DNA of 11,242 nucleotides from a virus (Duplodnaviria; Heunggongvirae; Uroviricota; Caudoviricetes): IMG/VR virus record IMGVR_UViG_2693429549_000013; one strand, 5' to 3'. Shown piece by piece: positions 1 to 6,434 of this stretch (position 1 is its first letter; each line of letters starts with the position of its first letter). The notes under the pieces were generated by a model. It saw only the letters and a program-made list of their open reading frames with translations, ran no database searches and was not told where the DNA came from. The position numbers and the translations under genes were made by a program.

Positions 1-161
1 TAAGTGATACTGGTTGTCTGGAGATTCAGGGGGCCAGTCTACGGACATTTTCTGCCTGTGGACCAGGAAAGTGCACGGGTGCTTTCCACTCCCATGAAGC
101 CCGGCAATCCGCGCAGATACAGTAATAAACGAACTGACAGCAGTAAGATGGAGCGTTTCTT

Positions 162-419
162 TTGAACAACCAGACAATGACTTTTACCCCTGAACAATTG
201 CGTAAACACGCGCAGGAAATGCTGCGTCATGCTGAACAACTCGAAAAAACGGGCATAACAAAAGACGCTATCCGTAAAGATATGGTACCCGCGCTTCGGG
301 AACTGATGCAGGCGAAGCATCGCGCACAGAAAGCAGTAGATGAGCTGGTGGACTGTGTGGCAGAGCTGGAAACCAGAGTCGGAAAGTTTGAAAAACTGGT
401 GCAGGAGGTGCTGCGCTGA
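162..419 (+). CDS. hypothetical nin-region phage protein (85 aa, predicted helical/coiled-coil)
   Basis: Open frame from the ORF track; TTG start at 162 sits 8 nt after a GGAG (150-153), alternative ATG at 177. Stop overlaps the rusA start (TGATG at 416-421), which implies translational coupling. Position immediately upstream of rusA-Q is typical of nin-region genes. Function not recognised. Confidence 0.5.
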   Translation: MNNQTMTFTPEQLRKHAQEMLRHAEQLEKTGITKDAIRKDMVPALRELMQAKHRAQKAVDELVDCVAELETRVGKFEKLVQEVLR

Positions 420-793
420 TGCGCCATGAGTTTATTTTACCTTATCCGCCGACGGTGAATACTTACTGGCGACGTCGTGACAACACATATTTTGTATCAA
501 AAGCCGGTGAGCGTTATCGCCGGGATGTGGCGCTTATTGTCCGTCAGCAGCGACTGAAATTAAGCCTGTCCGGAAGACTGGCGATAAAGATTATTGCAGA
601 GCCACCGGATAAGCGCCGTCGTGACCTGGACAATATCCTGAAAGCACCACTGGATGCACTGACACATGCGGGAGTGTTAATGGACGATGAGCAGTTTGAT
701 GAAATCAATATCGTTCGTGGTCAGCCAGTATCTGGTGGACGTCTGGGGGTGAAGATTTACCCCATAATGCATGAAGAGCAGGTCAAAAAATGA
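419..793 (+). CDS. rusA: RusA-family Holliday junction resolvase (crossover junction endodeoxyribonuclease)
   Basis: 124-aa product carries the RusA hallmark blocks as I recall them from E. coli RusA (LPYPPTVN.YW, RRDLDN, DALTHAG, MDDEQ, SGGRL). Start overlaps the upstream stop and its stop overlaps the Q start (ATGA at 790-793). Confidence 0.9.
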   Translation: MRHEFILPYPPTVNTYWRRRDNTYFVSKAGERYRRDVALIVRQQRLKLSLSGRLAIKIIAEPPDKRRRDLDNILKAPLDALTHAGVLMDDEQFDEINIVRGQPVSGGRLGVKIYPIMHEEQVKK

Positions 794-1611
794 AACTGGA
801 AGATTTACCGAAATACTACTCCCCAAAATCCCCTTGCCTGACCGATGCATCGGCCTCAACGTCAAAAGATGCGCTGAGTATCACTGATGTGATGGCCGCG
901 CAGGGCATGACACAGAATCGGGCTGAGATGGGGTTTTCTGCGTTCCTGGGGAAAATGGGCATCAGTATGAATGACAGGGCGCGGGCAACAGAATTACTGG
1001 CAGATTATGCACTCAGTCGGTGCGATCGTGTGGCGGCGTTGAGAAAACTTCCGGCAGAAATAAAACCGGTAGTGATGCGCATTATGGCTTCGTACGCTTT
1101 TGAGGATTATGCCCGCAGCGCAGCGAGTAAAAAGCAGTGCCCTTGTTGCTATGGGGAAAAATTTATTGAAAGCGTAGTTTTTACAAACAAGGTCCAGTAT
1201 CCGGATGGTAAGCCGCCGGTATGGGCAAAGTGTACGAAAGGTGTGTATCCGTCTTACTGGGAAGAATGGAAAAAAGTCAGGGAGGTGGTAAAAGTTGCCT
1301 GTCCGGAGTGTGGCGGAAAGGGTGAGGTTTCCACCGCCTGTAAGGATTGCCGTGGGCGTGGTGTCGCCATTCATCGTGAAGAGTCGGTAAAACGTGGTAT
1401 GCCTGTTATCAGAGACTGCCAGCGTTGTGGTGGTCGTGGCTATGAAAGACTACCATCAACGGAGGCATTTAATGCTATATGCGAGGTGACAAACCAGATA
1501 ACACGCGCGTCATGGGAAAAAACAGTTAAGAAATTTTATGATGCGCTGGTGACCCGGTTTGATATTGAAGAAGCATGGGCTGAGCGGCAGTTAAAAAAGG
1601 TAACTAGGTAA
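790..1611 (+). CDS. late-gene antitermination protein Q (long form with DnaJ-like CxxCxGxG zinc-finger repeats)
   Basis: 273-aa ORF directly downstream of rusA and directly upstream of a lambda-like pR' promoter and tR' terminator. Contains three CxxCxGxG motifs (CPECGGKG, CKDCRGRG, CQRCGGRG) plus CPCC. Gene order rusA-Q-pR' is canonical for lambdoid phages. Confidence 0.8.
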   Translation: MKLEDLPKYYSPKSPCLTDASASTSKDALSITDVMAAQGMTQNRAEMGFSAFLGKMGISMNDRARATELLADYALSRCDRVAALRKLPAEIKPVVMRIMASYAFEDYARSAASKKQCPCCYGEKFIESVVFTNKVQYPDGKPPVWAKCTKGVYPSYWEEWKKVREVVKVACPECGGKGEVSTACKDCRGRGVAIHREESVKRGMPVIRDCQRCGGRGYERLPSTEAFNAICEVTNQITRASWEKTVKKFYDALVTRFDIEEAWAERQLKKVTR

Positions 1612-1616
1612 CAAGG

Positions 1617-1644
1617 TTGATTTTTCCGGAATCTGTGGTAAATT
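1617..1644 (+). promoter_or_regulatory. candidate late promoter pR' (-35 TTGATT, 16-bp spacer, -10 TAAATT) with likely Q-utilisation/pause region just downstream
   Basis: TTGATT at 1617-1622 and TAAATT at 1639-1644, 6 bp after the Q stop. The -10 hexamer and the downstream AACAATGGG resemble lambda pR' (TAAATT ... AACGATGGG) as I recall it. Confidence 0.6.
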
Positions 1645-1650
1645 CGTCAT

Positions 1651-1715
1651 AACAATGGGCGTTTTATGCCTGACGTTAGAAGAGTTTCTACAACCCGCCG
1701 CCGAGCGGGTTTTTT
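1651..1715 (+). ncRNA. candidate short pR'-tR' transcript (lambda 6S RNA / StxS-like), about 65 nt
   Basis: Interval between the predicted pR' start site and the tR' terminator; no ORF. By analogy to lambda 6S RNA and the StxS small RNA described for Stx phages. Not verifiable from sequence alone. Confidence 0.4.
1692..1715 (+). terminator. rho-independent terminator tR'
   Basis: 7-bp stem AACCCGC (1692-1698) / GCGGGTT (1705-1711), 6-nt loop, followed by a T-run. Confidence 0.65.
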
Positions 1716-1835
1716 ATGACTGAAATCGCGTCAGTACAGTAAACGCGCTGGTGGCGGTGAATACCTGTCTTTCAGCTTGCTGGCTTTTTCGACAAGAGTT
1801 ATTGGTGTGTCACGTTAACCGGAAAAGGAAAAGAC

Positions 1836-2033
1836 ATGCTAAAACAGCAGGATATGACAGAAACCGCCAGAGTGGTGTTTAATGAATTAAGCGTTACCGA
1901 ACCGGCGACAGTCGGGGAGATAGCGCAGAATACTTACCTTTCACGCGAACGCTGCCAGTTAATACTGACCCAGCTGGTTATGGCGGGTCTGGCAGACTAT
2001 CAGTTCGGTTGTTACAGACGCCTTCCGCAGTGA
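1836..2033 (+). CDS. small winged-helix protein, PapI/FaeA-like (65 aa)
   Basis: ATG at 1836 preceded by AAGGAAAAG. The segment TVGEIAQNTYLSRERCQLILTQLVMAGLADYQ parallels the PapI/FaeA pattern (TAxEIAxxLxVTxYQARYYLxxLExAG.V) as I recall it. Sits immediately upstream of a DNA methyltransferase gene. Confidence 0.5.
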   Translation: MLKQQDMTETARVVFNELSVTEPATVGEIAQNTYLSRERCQLILTQLVMAGLADYQFGCYRRLPQ

Positions 2034-2045
2034 AGGCTTTTTTAT
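2020..2045 (+). terminator. rho-independent terminator overlapping the stop codon of the small ORF
   Basis: Stem GCCTTC (2020-2025) / GAAGGC (2032-2037), 6-nt loop, then TTTTTTAT. Confidence 0.5.
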
Positions 2046-2060
2046 TTGTGGTAAATGGGC

Positions 2061-2091
2061 GGCTGGTGGGTGTTAGGGGCACCCACCAGCC
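2061..2091 (+). other. perfect 12-bp stem-loop (GGCTGGTGGGTG / CACCCACCAGCC, 7-nt loop) in the methyltransferase 5' leader, no T-tract
   Basis: Inverted repeat read directly from the sequence. A second 7-bp hairpin lies at 2133-2151 (CTGCTTT gcgca AAAGCAG). Possible RNA structure or protein-binding site; function unknown. Confidence 0.4.
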
Positions 2092-2183
2092 ATCTGCTCA
2101 TGCGTTGGGTTCACAAGCAAACCTCAGGCCCACTGCTTTGCGCAAAAGCAGAATGAGCCTATCAGAGACAGGCTTAATGATCC

Positions 2184-3242
2184 ATGCTTAATACTGTAAA
2201 AATATCCAGTTGTGAGTTAATCAACGCCGACTGCCTGGAATTTATCCGGTCGTTACCCGAAAATTCTGTTGACCTGATAGTCACGGACCCGCCGTACTTT
2301 AAAGTGAAGCCTGAGGGCTGGGATAACCAGTGGAAGGGCGACGATGATTACCTGAAGTGGCTGGACCAGTGTCTGGCGCAGTTCTGGCGGGTGCTGAAAC
2401 CTGCCGGAAGTCTTTACCTGTTCTGTGGTCATCGCCTGGCATCTGATATCGAAATCATGATGCGTGAACGCTTCAGTGTGCTGAACCATATTATCTGGGC
2501 GAAGCCGTCCGGACGCTGGAACGGATGCAACAAGGAAAGCCTGCGGGCGTATTTCCCCGCCACAGAGCGCATTCTGTTCGCGGAACATTATCAGGGGCCG
2601 TATCGTCCGAAAGATGCCGGGTATGCGGCGAAGGGCAGTGCACTGAAACAGCATGTGATGGCCCCGCTGATTTCTTACTTTCGTGATGCGCGAGCTGCCC
2701 TGGGGATAACGGCAAAACAGATTGCAGATGCCACAGGAAAGAAAAACATGGTGTCGCACTGGTTCAGTGCCGGTCAGTGGCAGTTGCCGAATGAAAGCGA
2801 TTATCTGAAATTACAGGCGCTGTTTGCCCGGGTGGCAGAAGAGAAGCATCGGCGTGGTGAACTGGAAAAGCTCCACCACCAGCTGGTGGATACGTATACC
2901 TCACTGAACCGGCAGTATGCGGAGCTGCTGAGTGAATATAAACATCTGCGGCGGTATTTTGGCGTGACGGTGCAGGTGCCGTATACCGATGTGTGGACGC
3001 ATAAACCGGTGCAGTTCTATCCCGGGAAACATCCGTGCGAAAAACCGGCAGAAATGCTGCAGCAGATAATCAGCGCTAGCAGTCGTCCGGGTGACCTGAT
3101 TGCAGATTTTTTCATGGGGTTGGGTTCGACAGTGAAAGCGGCACTGGCGCTCGGGCGTCGTGCAATTGGCGTTGAGCTGGAGACTGAACGTTTTGAGCAG
3201 ACGGTTCGGGAAGTACAGGATTTAGTCAGCCAGAACGGATGA
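2184..3242 (+). CDS. phage orphan DNA methyltransferase (N6-adenine/N4-cytosine, beta-class motif order)
   Basis: 352-aa ORF with the catalytic motif IV DPPY (VTDPPYF) near the N-terminus and the AdoMet-binding motif I (DFFMGLGST) near the C-terminus. No adjacent restriction endonuclease gene. Confidence 0.9.
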   Translation: MLNTVKISSCELINADCLEFIRSLPENSVDLIVTDPPYFKVKPEGWDNQWKGDDDYLKWLDQCLAQFWRVLKPAGSLYLFCGHRLASDIEIMMRERFSVLNHIIWAKPSGRWNGCNKESLRAYFPATERILFAEHYQGPYRPKDAGYAAKGSALKQHVMAPLISYFRDARAALGITAKQIADATGKKNMVSHWFSAGQWQLPNESDYLKLQALFARVAEEKHRRGELEKLHHQLVDTYTSLNRQYAELLSEYKHLRRYFGVTVQVPYTDVWTHKPVQFYPGKHPCEKPAEMLQQIISASSRPGDLIADFFMGLGSTVKAALALGRRAIGVELETERFEQTVREVQDLVSQNG

Positions 3243-3282
3243 TATTGAAGAATTAATTACGCGTCGTTATTATGCGGCTCCC

Positions 3283-3358
3283 GGCCCTTTAGCTCAGTGG
3301 TGAGAGCGAGCGACTCATAATCGCCAGGTCGCTGGTTCAAATCCAGCAAGGGCCACCA
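3283..3358 (+). tRNA. ileZ: tRNA-Ile2-like (anticodon CAT; alternatively tRNA-Met), 76 nt with encoded CCA
   Basis: Cloverleaf folded by hand: acceptor GGCCCTT/AAGGGCC, D-stem GCTC/GAGC, anticodon loop CTCATAA, T-arm GCTGG-TTCAAAT-CCAGC. Closely resembles E. coli ileX-type tRNA as I recall it. Symbol follows Stx-phage 933W naming. Confidence 0.85.
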
Positions 3359-3365
3359 TCACATA

Positions 3366-3442
3366 CCGCCATTAGCTCATCAGGAAAGAGCGCCAGCCTT
3401 CGAAGCTGGCTGCGCGGGGTTCAAGTCCCCGATGGCGGTCCA
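3366..3442 (+). tRNA. argN: tRNA-Arg (anticodon TCG), 77 nt with CCA
   Basis: Acceptor CCGCCAT/ATGGCGG, anticodon stem CCAGC/GCTGG with loop CTTCGAA, T-arm CGGGG-TTCAAGT-CCCCG. Confidence 0.8.
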
Positions 3443-3455
3443 TTATCTGCATCAT

Positions 3456-3532
3456 GCGTTGTTAGCTCAGCCGGACAGAGCAATTGCCTTCTAAGCAATC
3501 GGTCACTGGTTCGAATCCAGTACAGCGCGCCA
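3456..3532 (+). tRNA. argO: tRNA-Arg (anticodon TCT), 77 nt with CCA
   Basis: Acceptor GCGTTGT/ACAGCGC (one G-U pair), anticodon stem ATTGC/GCAAT with loop CTTCTAA, T-arm ACTGG-TTCGAAT-CCAGT. Confidence 0.85.
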
Positions 3533-3642
3533 TATTCATTCTTCCAGATTCCTTCCGGCAGAGCCTTATACTGAAATATACCTGGCTCAGGATATTGTTG
3601 AAAATATTTTATGTTTGTCAAAAATAAAAGTTCTGTTAAGTA

Positions 3643-3996
3643 TTGATTGAGTGTTTGTTATACGGTCTAATGGTTTTTTCAGCATTAAATATTTATCATT
3701 CATATGGTGTGGGTAGAGTGAATATTGATGAGGCGTCGGGGTGTTTCATCCTTAGGCAGCGTATTGATATAGTCAATGCAGCACGAGCAAAGGCCTTCAG
3801 CCGTTTGACAGTTTTGTTCTGTACTCCTGATCGTCTTTCGGGAAGAGACGTTATTATTCTGAATAGTGATGCTATACAGAGGGTTTGCGATGAGTTCATG
3901 GTTGCTAATTCAGAATTATTTGCTCTTGTTCAGGAGTACAACAGAATAGCCAGGACCTGTGGTATGGATGAACTTCGGATTACTCATCTGGGGTAG
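3643..3996 (+). CDS. hypothetical ORF in AT-rich cargo (117 aa; start uncertain, possible GTG at 3718)
   Basis: Open frame only; no convincing ribosome-binding site and no recognisable motifs. Could be non-coding. Confidence 0.2.
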   Translation: MIECLLYGLMVFSALNIYHSYGVGRVNIDEASGCFILRQRIDIVNAARAKAFSRLTVLFCTPDRLSGRDVIILNSDAIQRVCDEFMVANSELFALVQEYNRIARTCGMDELRITHLG

Positions 3997-4200
3997 ATAC
4001 ATATCTGGATTATCACCTGTTACGGTAAAAAGTGATTGCTTACTGTTTTTGTGAATGGCATTGCAGCAGCCGGATAATGTCAGTGCTGGCTGACGGTGTG
4101 CTGGTGGCGGGTGTGGTGGTTGTTGCTTTCCCGTTGCTGAAAAAGAAAACGCCAGACTGTTAGCCGGGTATCAGTTAGCGGGAGAAATTTTTAAATACTT

Positions 4201-4410
4201 CACAATTCAGGCGGTTGACTGTTGTCTGGTTTGCGGGGAGTTTGTTAAAAGAAACTGGCATGGTGAATCCCCCTGTGCGGAGGGGCAATCAGCGAGTAGG
4301 TATATGGGATAATCGCGGATTCAGGTGCTGGTACTGAATTCACCGGGAGGCACCCGGCACCATGCAATGGCACATAGCGCCACTCTCCAGCCCCTCTCCG
4401 GAGGGGCTGT
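4201..4410 (+). ncRNA. structured module copy 1 (candidate small RNA): conserved hairpins plus intrinsic terminator
   Basis: CACAATTCAG..TTGACT.., hairpin CCCCT-gtgcgg-AGGGG, hairpin CCGGG-aggca-CCCGG, terminal hairpin AGCCCCTC-tccg-GAGGGGCT followed by a T-rich tail. About 97% identical to copy 2 by eye. Internal small ORFs are not conserved between copies. Confidence 0.4.
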
Positions 4411-4443
4411 TTATATTGATTTTGTCAGATGTGAGTAAACTCC

Positions 4444-4779
4444 TTATGGACTTTGTTGTTTTAGTCCATAAGGACATATTTGCAGAGTGCAACGGTTATT
4501 AAAGCATTCATTCAATACGTTATCTGTATTTGTAGGGCATTCCTGGCTATTTTTGATTGAATTCCAGAATGTTTTATTGAATGGTACTACGTTGTAAATG
4601 GTTACAGGTAGCACTTTGTTATTGAGCATGATGCCTGTGTGAGTCAGTGTAAATATACTTTCAGGAGGTAAGAAAGCATCCGATTGATACCAGATTATTA
4701 ATTTTATTTTACTCCATATGACTGAAAAAGATATTCCGCATGATGGCTGGATAACTGTATCAATCACAATCCACTTCAT
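4444..4779 (-). CDS. hypothetical protein (111 aa) in AT-rich cargo, opposite to late transcription
   Basis: Open frame with a GGAA ribosome-binding-like site 5-6 nt before the ATG at 4779. Its 3' end runs through a perfect 12-bp hairpin (4441-4474). No recognised homology. Confidence 0.3.
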   Translation of the reverse strand: MKWIVIDTVIQPSCGISFSVIWSKIKLIIWYQSDAFLPPESIFTLTHTGIMLNNKVLPVTIYNVVPFNKTFWNSIKNSQECPTNTDNVLNECFNNRCTLQICPYGLKQQSP

Positions 4780-5039
4780 TTAGTTTCCTTGTTTATGCCT
4801 TGCTGGTGATGTTCTGAAAAGTATAAATGATATTTTTGAATGTAAACCATAGAGCAGAATTATTTTTCTGATGTTGTTTATTGTTTATTTAAATGCAGGG
4901 TGGTTTATATCTCGTCTTGTAGTTTATCCATGCATATCTGCTTGATAATCAGGTTTTTATTTAAGGTATGGTTTTGTGTTTTTTCTGTATTACATGTCAG
5001 GTATTTTAAAGAATTATTTTTCAGATGGTGGAAAGAACC

Positions 5040-5166
5040 ATGGCATTTAAACACTATGATGTTGTCAGGGCGGCGCCGCCGTCAGATCTTGCGGAAAAGC
5101 TGACACATAAACTGAAAGAGGGCTGGCAGCCGTTTGGTAGTCCGGTGGCCATAACCCCTTATACCC
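5040..5166 (+). pseudogene. 5' fragment (42 codons) of a nanS-p-like esterase gene, truncated by IS600
   Basis: Encodes MAFKHYDVVRAAPPSDLAEKLTHKLKEGWQPFGSPVAITPYTL, about 90% nucleotide-identical to the start of the intact gene at 8565. The reading frame runs into the IS600 end at 5167. Confidence 0.75.
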
Positions 5167-5209
5167 TGAGGTGTACTGGCAATAGCGGACACTACCATTT
5201 GTTCTTTTT

Positions 5210-6028
5210 TTAAGCAGCCATCTGATGATATTTTTCCCTGAAGGCTGCCGGGGAGATATTCCCCAGACGAGAGTGACGACGCTGACGATTGTAGAAAATC
5301 TCAATGTATTCCCGTATTACTGAGATGGCTTCATCCCGGTTATTAAAACGATAGTGGCTCAGGCTCTCATTTTTCAGCGTTCCCCAGAAGCTTTCCATCG
5401 GAGCGTTGTCGTAACAGTTACCTTTACGCGACATTGATGTTTTCAGACCAGACTGCTCCTGTATGACCCGGTAATCGTATGCGCAGTACTGTGAACCTCG
5501 ATCAGAGTGGTGGATTAGCCCGGCAGGTGGGCGCTGGCTCCTGAGCGCCATAAACAGGGCTTTACCTGTCAGCTCTTTTGTCATGCGCTCTCCCATGGCG
5601 TAGCCGACAATTTCGCACGTATAAACATCTTTGATGCCAGCGAGGTACAACCATCCCTCCTGTGTGGCAACATACGTCAGGTCCGCCACCCAGACCTGAT
5701 TTGGTGCTGTAGGAGCGAACGTCTGGTTCAGCAGATTTGGCGCAACTGGCAGATTGTGGTTCGAGTTCGTAGTCGCTCTGAACTTGCGTTTCTGCTTACA
5801 GCGTAGCCTTAGCTCCTTACGAAGACGTGCCAGTCGGTCACGACCAACGATGATGCCATTCTCTGCCAGCTCCGTCTGGAGCCGCCGGGTTCCATATGTT
5901 TCGCGAGTGCGGATATGTGCCACCTTAATCTCCAGTTTTAGCCGCTCATCACTTTGTTTTCTGTCTGAGGGTTCATGCTGTACCCAGTTGTAATAACCGC
6001 TCCTGGATACACCAAATACCTGACACAT
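5210..6028 (-). CDS. IS600 OrfB (DDE transposase catalytic domain; expressed as OrfAB fusion by -1 frameshift near 6108-6116)
   Basis: 272-aa ORF with IS3-family integrase-core features. The frame is open upstream of the first ATG into the OrfA overlap. Confidence 0.9.
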   Translation of the reverse strand: MCQVFGVSRSGYYNWVQHEPSDRKQSDERLKLEIKVAHIRTRETYGTRRLQTELAENGIIVGRDRLARLRKELRLRCKQKRKFRATTNSNHNLPVAPNLLNQTFAPTAPNQVWVADLTYVATQEGWLYLAGIKDVYTCEIVGYAMGERMTKELTGKALFMALRSQRPPAGLIHHSDRGSQYCAYDYRVIQEQSGLKTSMSRKGNCYDNAPMESFWGTLKNESLSHYRFNNRDEAISVIREYIEIFYNRQRRHSRLGNISPAAFREKYHQMAA

Positions 6029-6063
6029 CGCTTCAATGGGAAATTGTTGTCGCCATTGTTCGA

Positions 6064-6366
6064 TTAACGCGTATTTTTCAGCGACTCCTGTGCAAAATAC
6101 GCTGTTGCTTTTTTTAATATATCTCGCTCAAGGCGAGCTTCATTTAACGCCTTACGCAGTTGCAGAATTTCAGATTCCAGTTCAGCCACCGTGCGGGAAC
6201 CAGGAGTACCGAGCCCTTTTCTGGCGGCGGTAACCCATTGTCCTAAAGTGCCTTCAGGAAGAGATAATCGGGAAGCGCCTTCACTGATCGAAAGTTGATT
6301 TTCAAGAACCGTTCTGACAGCTTCGGCTTTGAACTCTTTAGAGTAACGTTGGGTTTTTCTGCTCAT
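6064..6366 (-). CDS. IS600 OrfA (helix-turn-helix transposase N-terminal protein)
   Basis: 100-aa ORF typical of IS3-family OrfA, with a leucine-zipper-like C-terminus. Confidence 0.9.
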   Translation of the reverse strand: MSRKTQRYSKEFKAEAVRTVLENQLSISEGASRLSLPEGTLGQWVTAARKGLGTPGSRTVAELESEILQLRKALNEARLERDILKKATAYFAQESLKNTR

Positions 6367-6434
6367 TATTAGCTCCTTCTGATGCCATTCTATTTCAGGA
6401 AGGAGTGTCCGTTAAACTCAGGCTACCTCAAAAA

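Larger units (their letters stand above)
2378..3532 (+). repeat. copy 1 of a 1155-bp duplicated block (3' 80% of methyltransferase plus three tRNAs)
   Basis: Matches 6435-7589 at a constant offset of 4057 bp. Encoded protein segments are identical; one substitution noted (3525 G vs 7582 A). Homology ends exactly at the CCA end of the third tRNA. Confidence 0.9.
5167..6430 (-). mobile_element. IS600 (IS3 family), 1264 bp, complete
   Basis: Imperfect terminal inverted repeats starting TGAGGT (5167 on +, and reverse complement of 6430 = TGAGGTAGCCTGAGTTTAACGGAC). OrfA begins MSRKTQRYSKEFKAEAV as I recall for IS600. Length between the inverted-repeat ends matches the known IS600 size. A7G slippery site (6108-6116) for the OrfAB -1 frameshift. 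Confidence 0.9.

Noticed and set aside
1-162. Possible partial ORF at the window edge (frame open 3-125) or a GTG-initiated 52-codon ORF (4-162)
   Set aside because: Too short and truncated to assign; neither has a convincing ribosome-binding site and no motif was recognised.
39-427. Minus-strand ORFs 39-320 and 227-427
   Set aside because: They overlap the + strand nin-region ORF and the rusA start on the opposite strand; likely shadow ORFs of real coding sequence.
994-1374. Minus-strand ORF inside Q
   Set aside because: Entirely antisense to a well-supported gene; shadow ORF.
2009-2191. ORF spanning terminator and hairpins upstream of the methyltransferase
   Set aside because: Covers strongly structured leader sequence with no ribosome-binding site; better explained as 5' leader.
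2253-2759. Minus-strand ORFs antisense to the methyltransferase (also 2491-2715, 6418-6816, 6548-6772)
   Set aside because: Antisense to a conserved coding region and duplicated only because the methyltransferase is duplicated; shadow ORFs.
3421-3621. Minus-strand ORF overlapping the tRNA genes (and 7519-7774 on both strands in copy 2)
   Set aside because: Overlap tRNA genes, terminator and module sequence; the small ORFs within the modules are not conserved between copies.
3696-3899. Minus-strand ORF in AT-rich cargo
   Set aside because: No start context and it overlaps the equally weak + strand ORF; AT-rich DNA gives long spurious frames.
4900-5304. ORFs 4900-5103, 5025-5213 and 5065-5304
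   Set aside because: Explained by AT-rich spacer, the nanS-p fragment reading into the IS600 end, and antisense of that junction.
5754-6233. + strand ORFs inside IS600 (5754-5993, 6036-6233)
   Set aside because: Antisense to the transposase genes of a well-defined insertion sequence.
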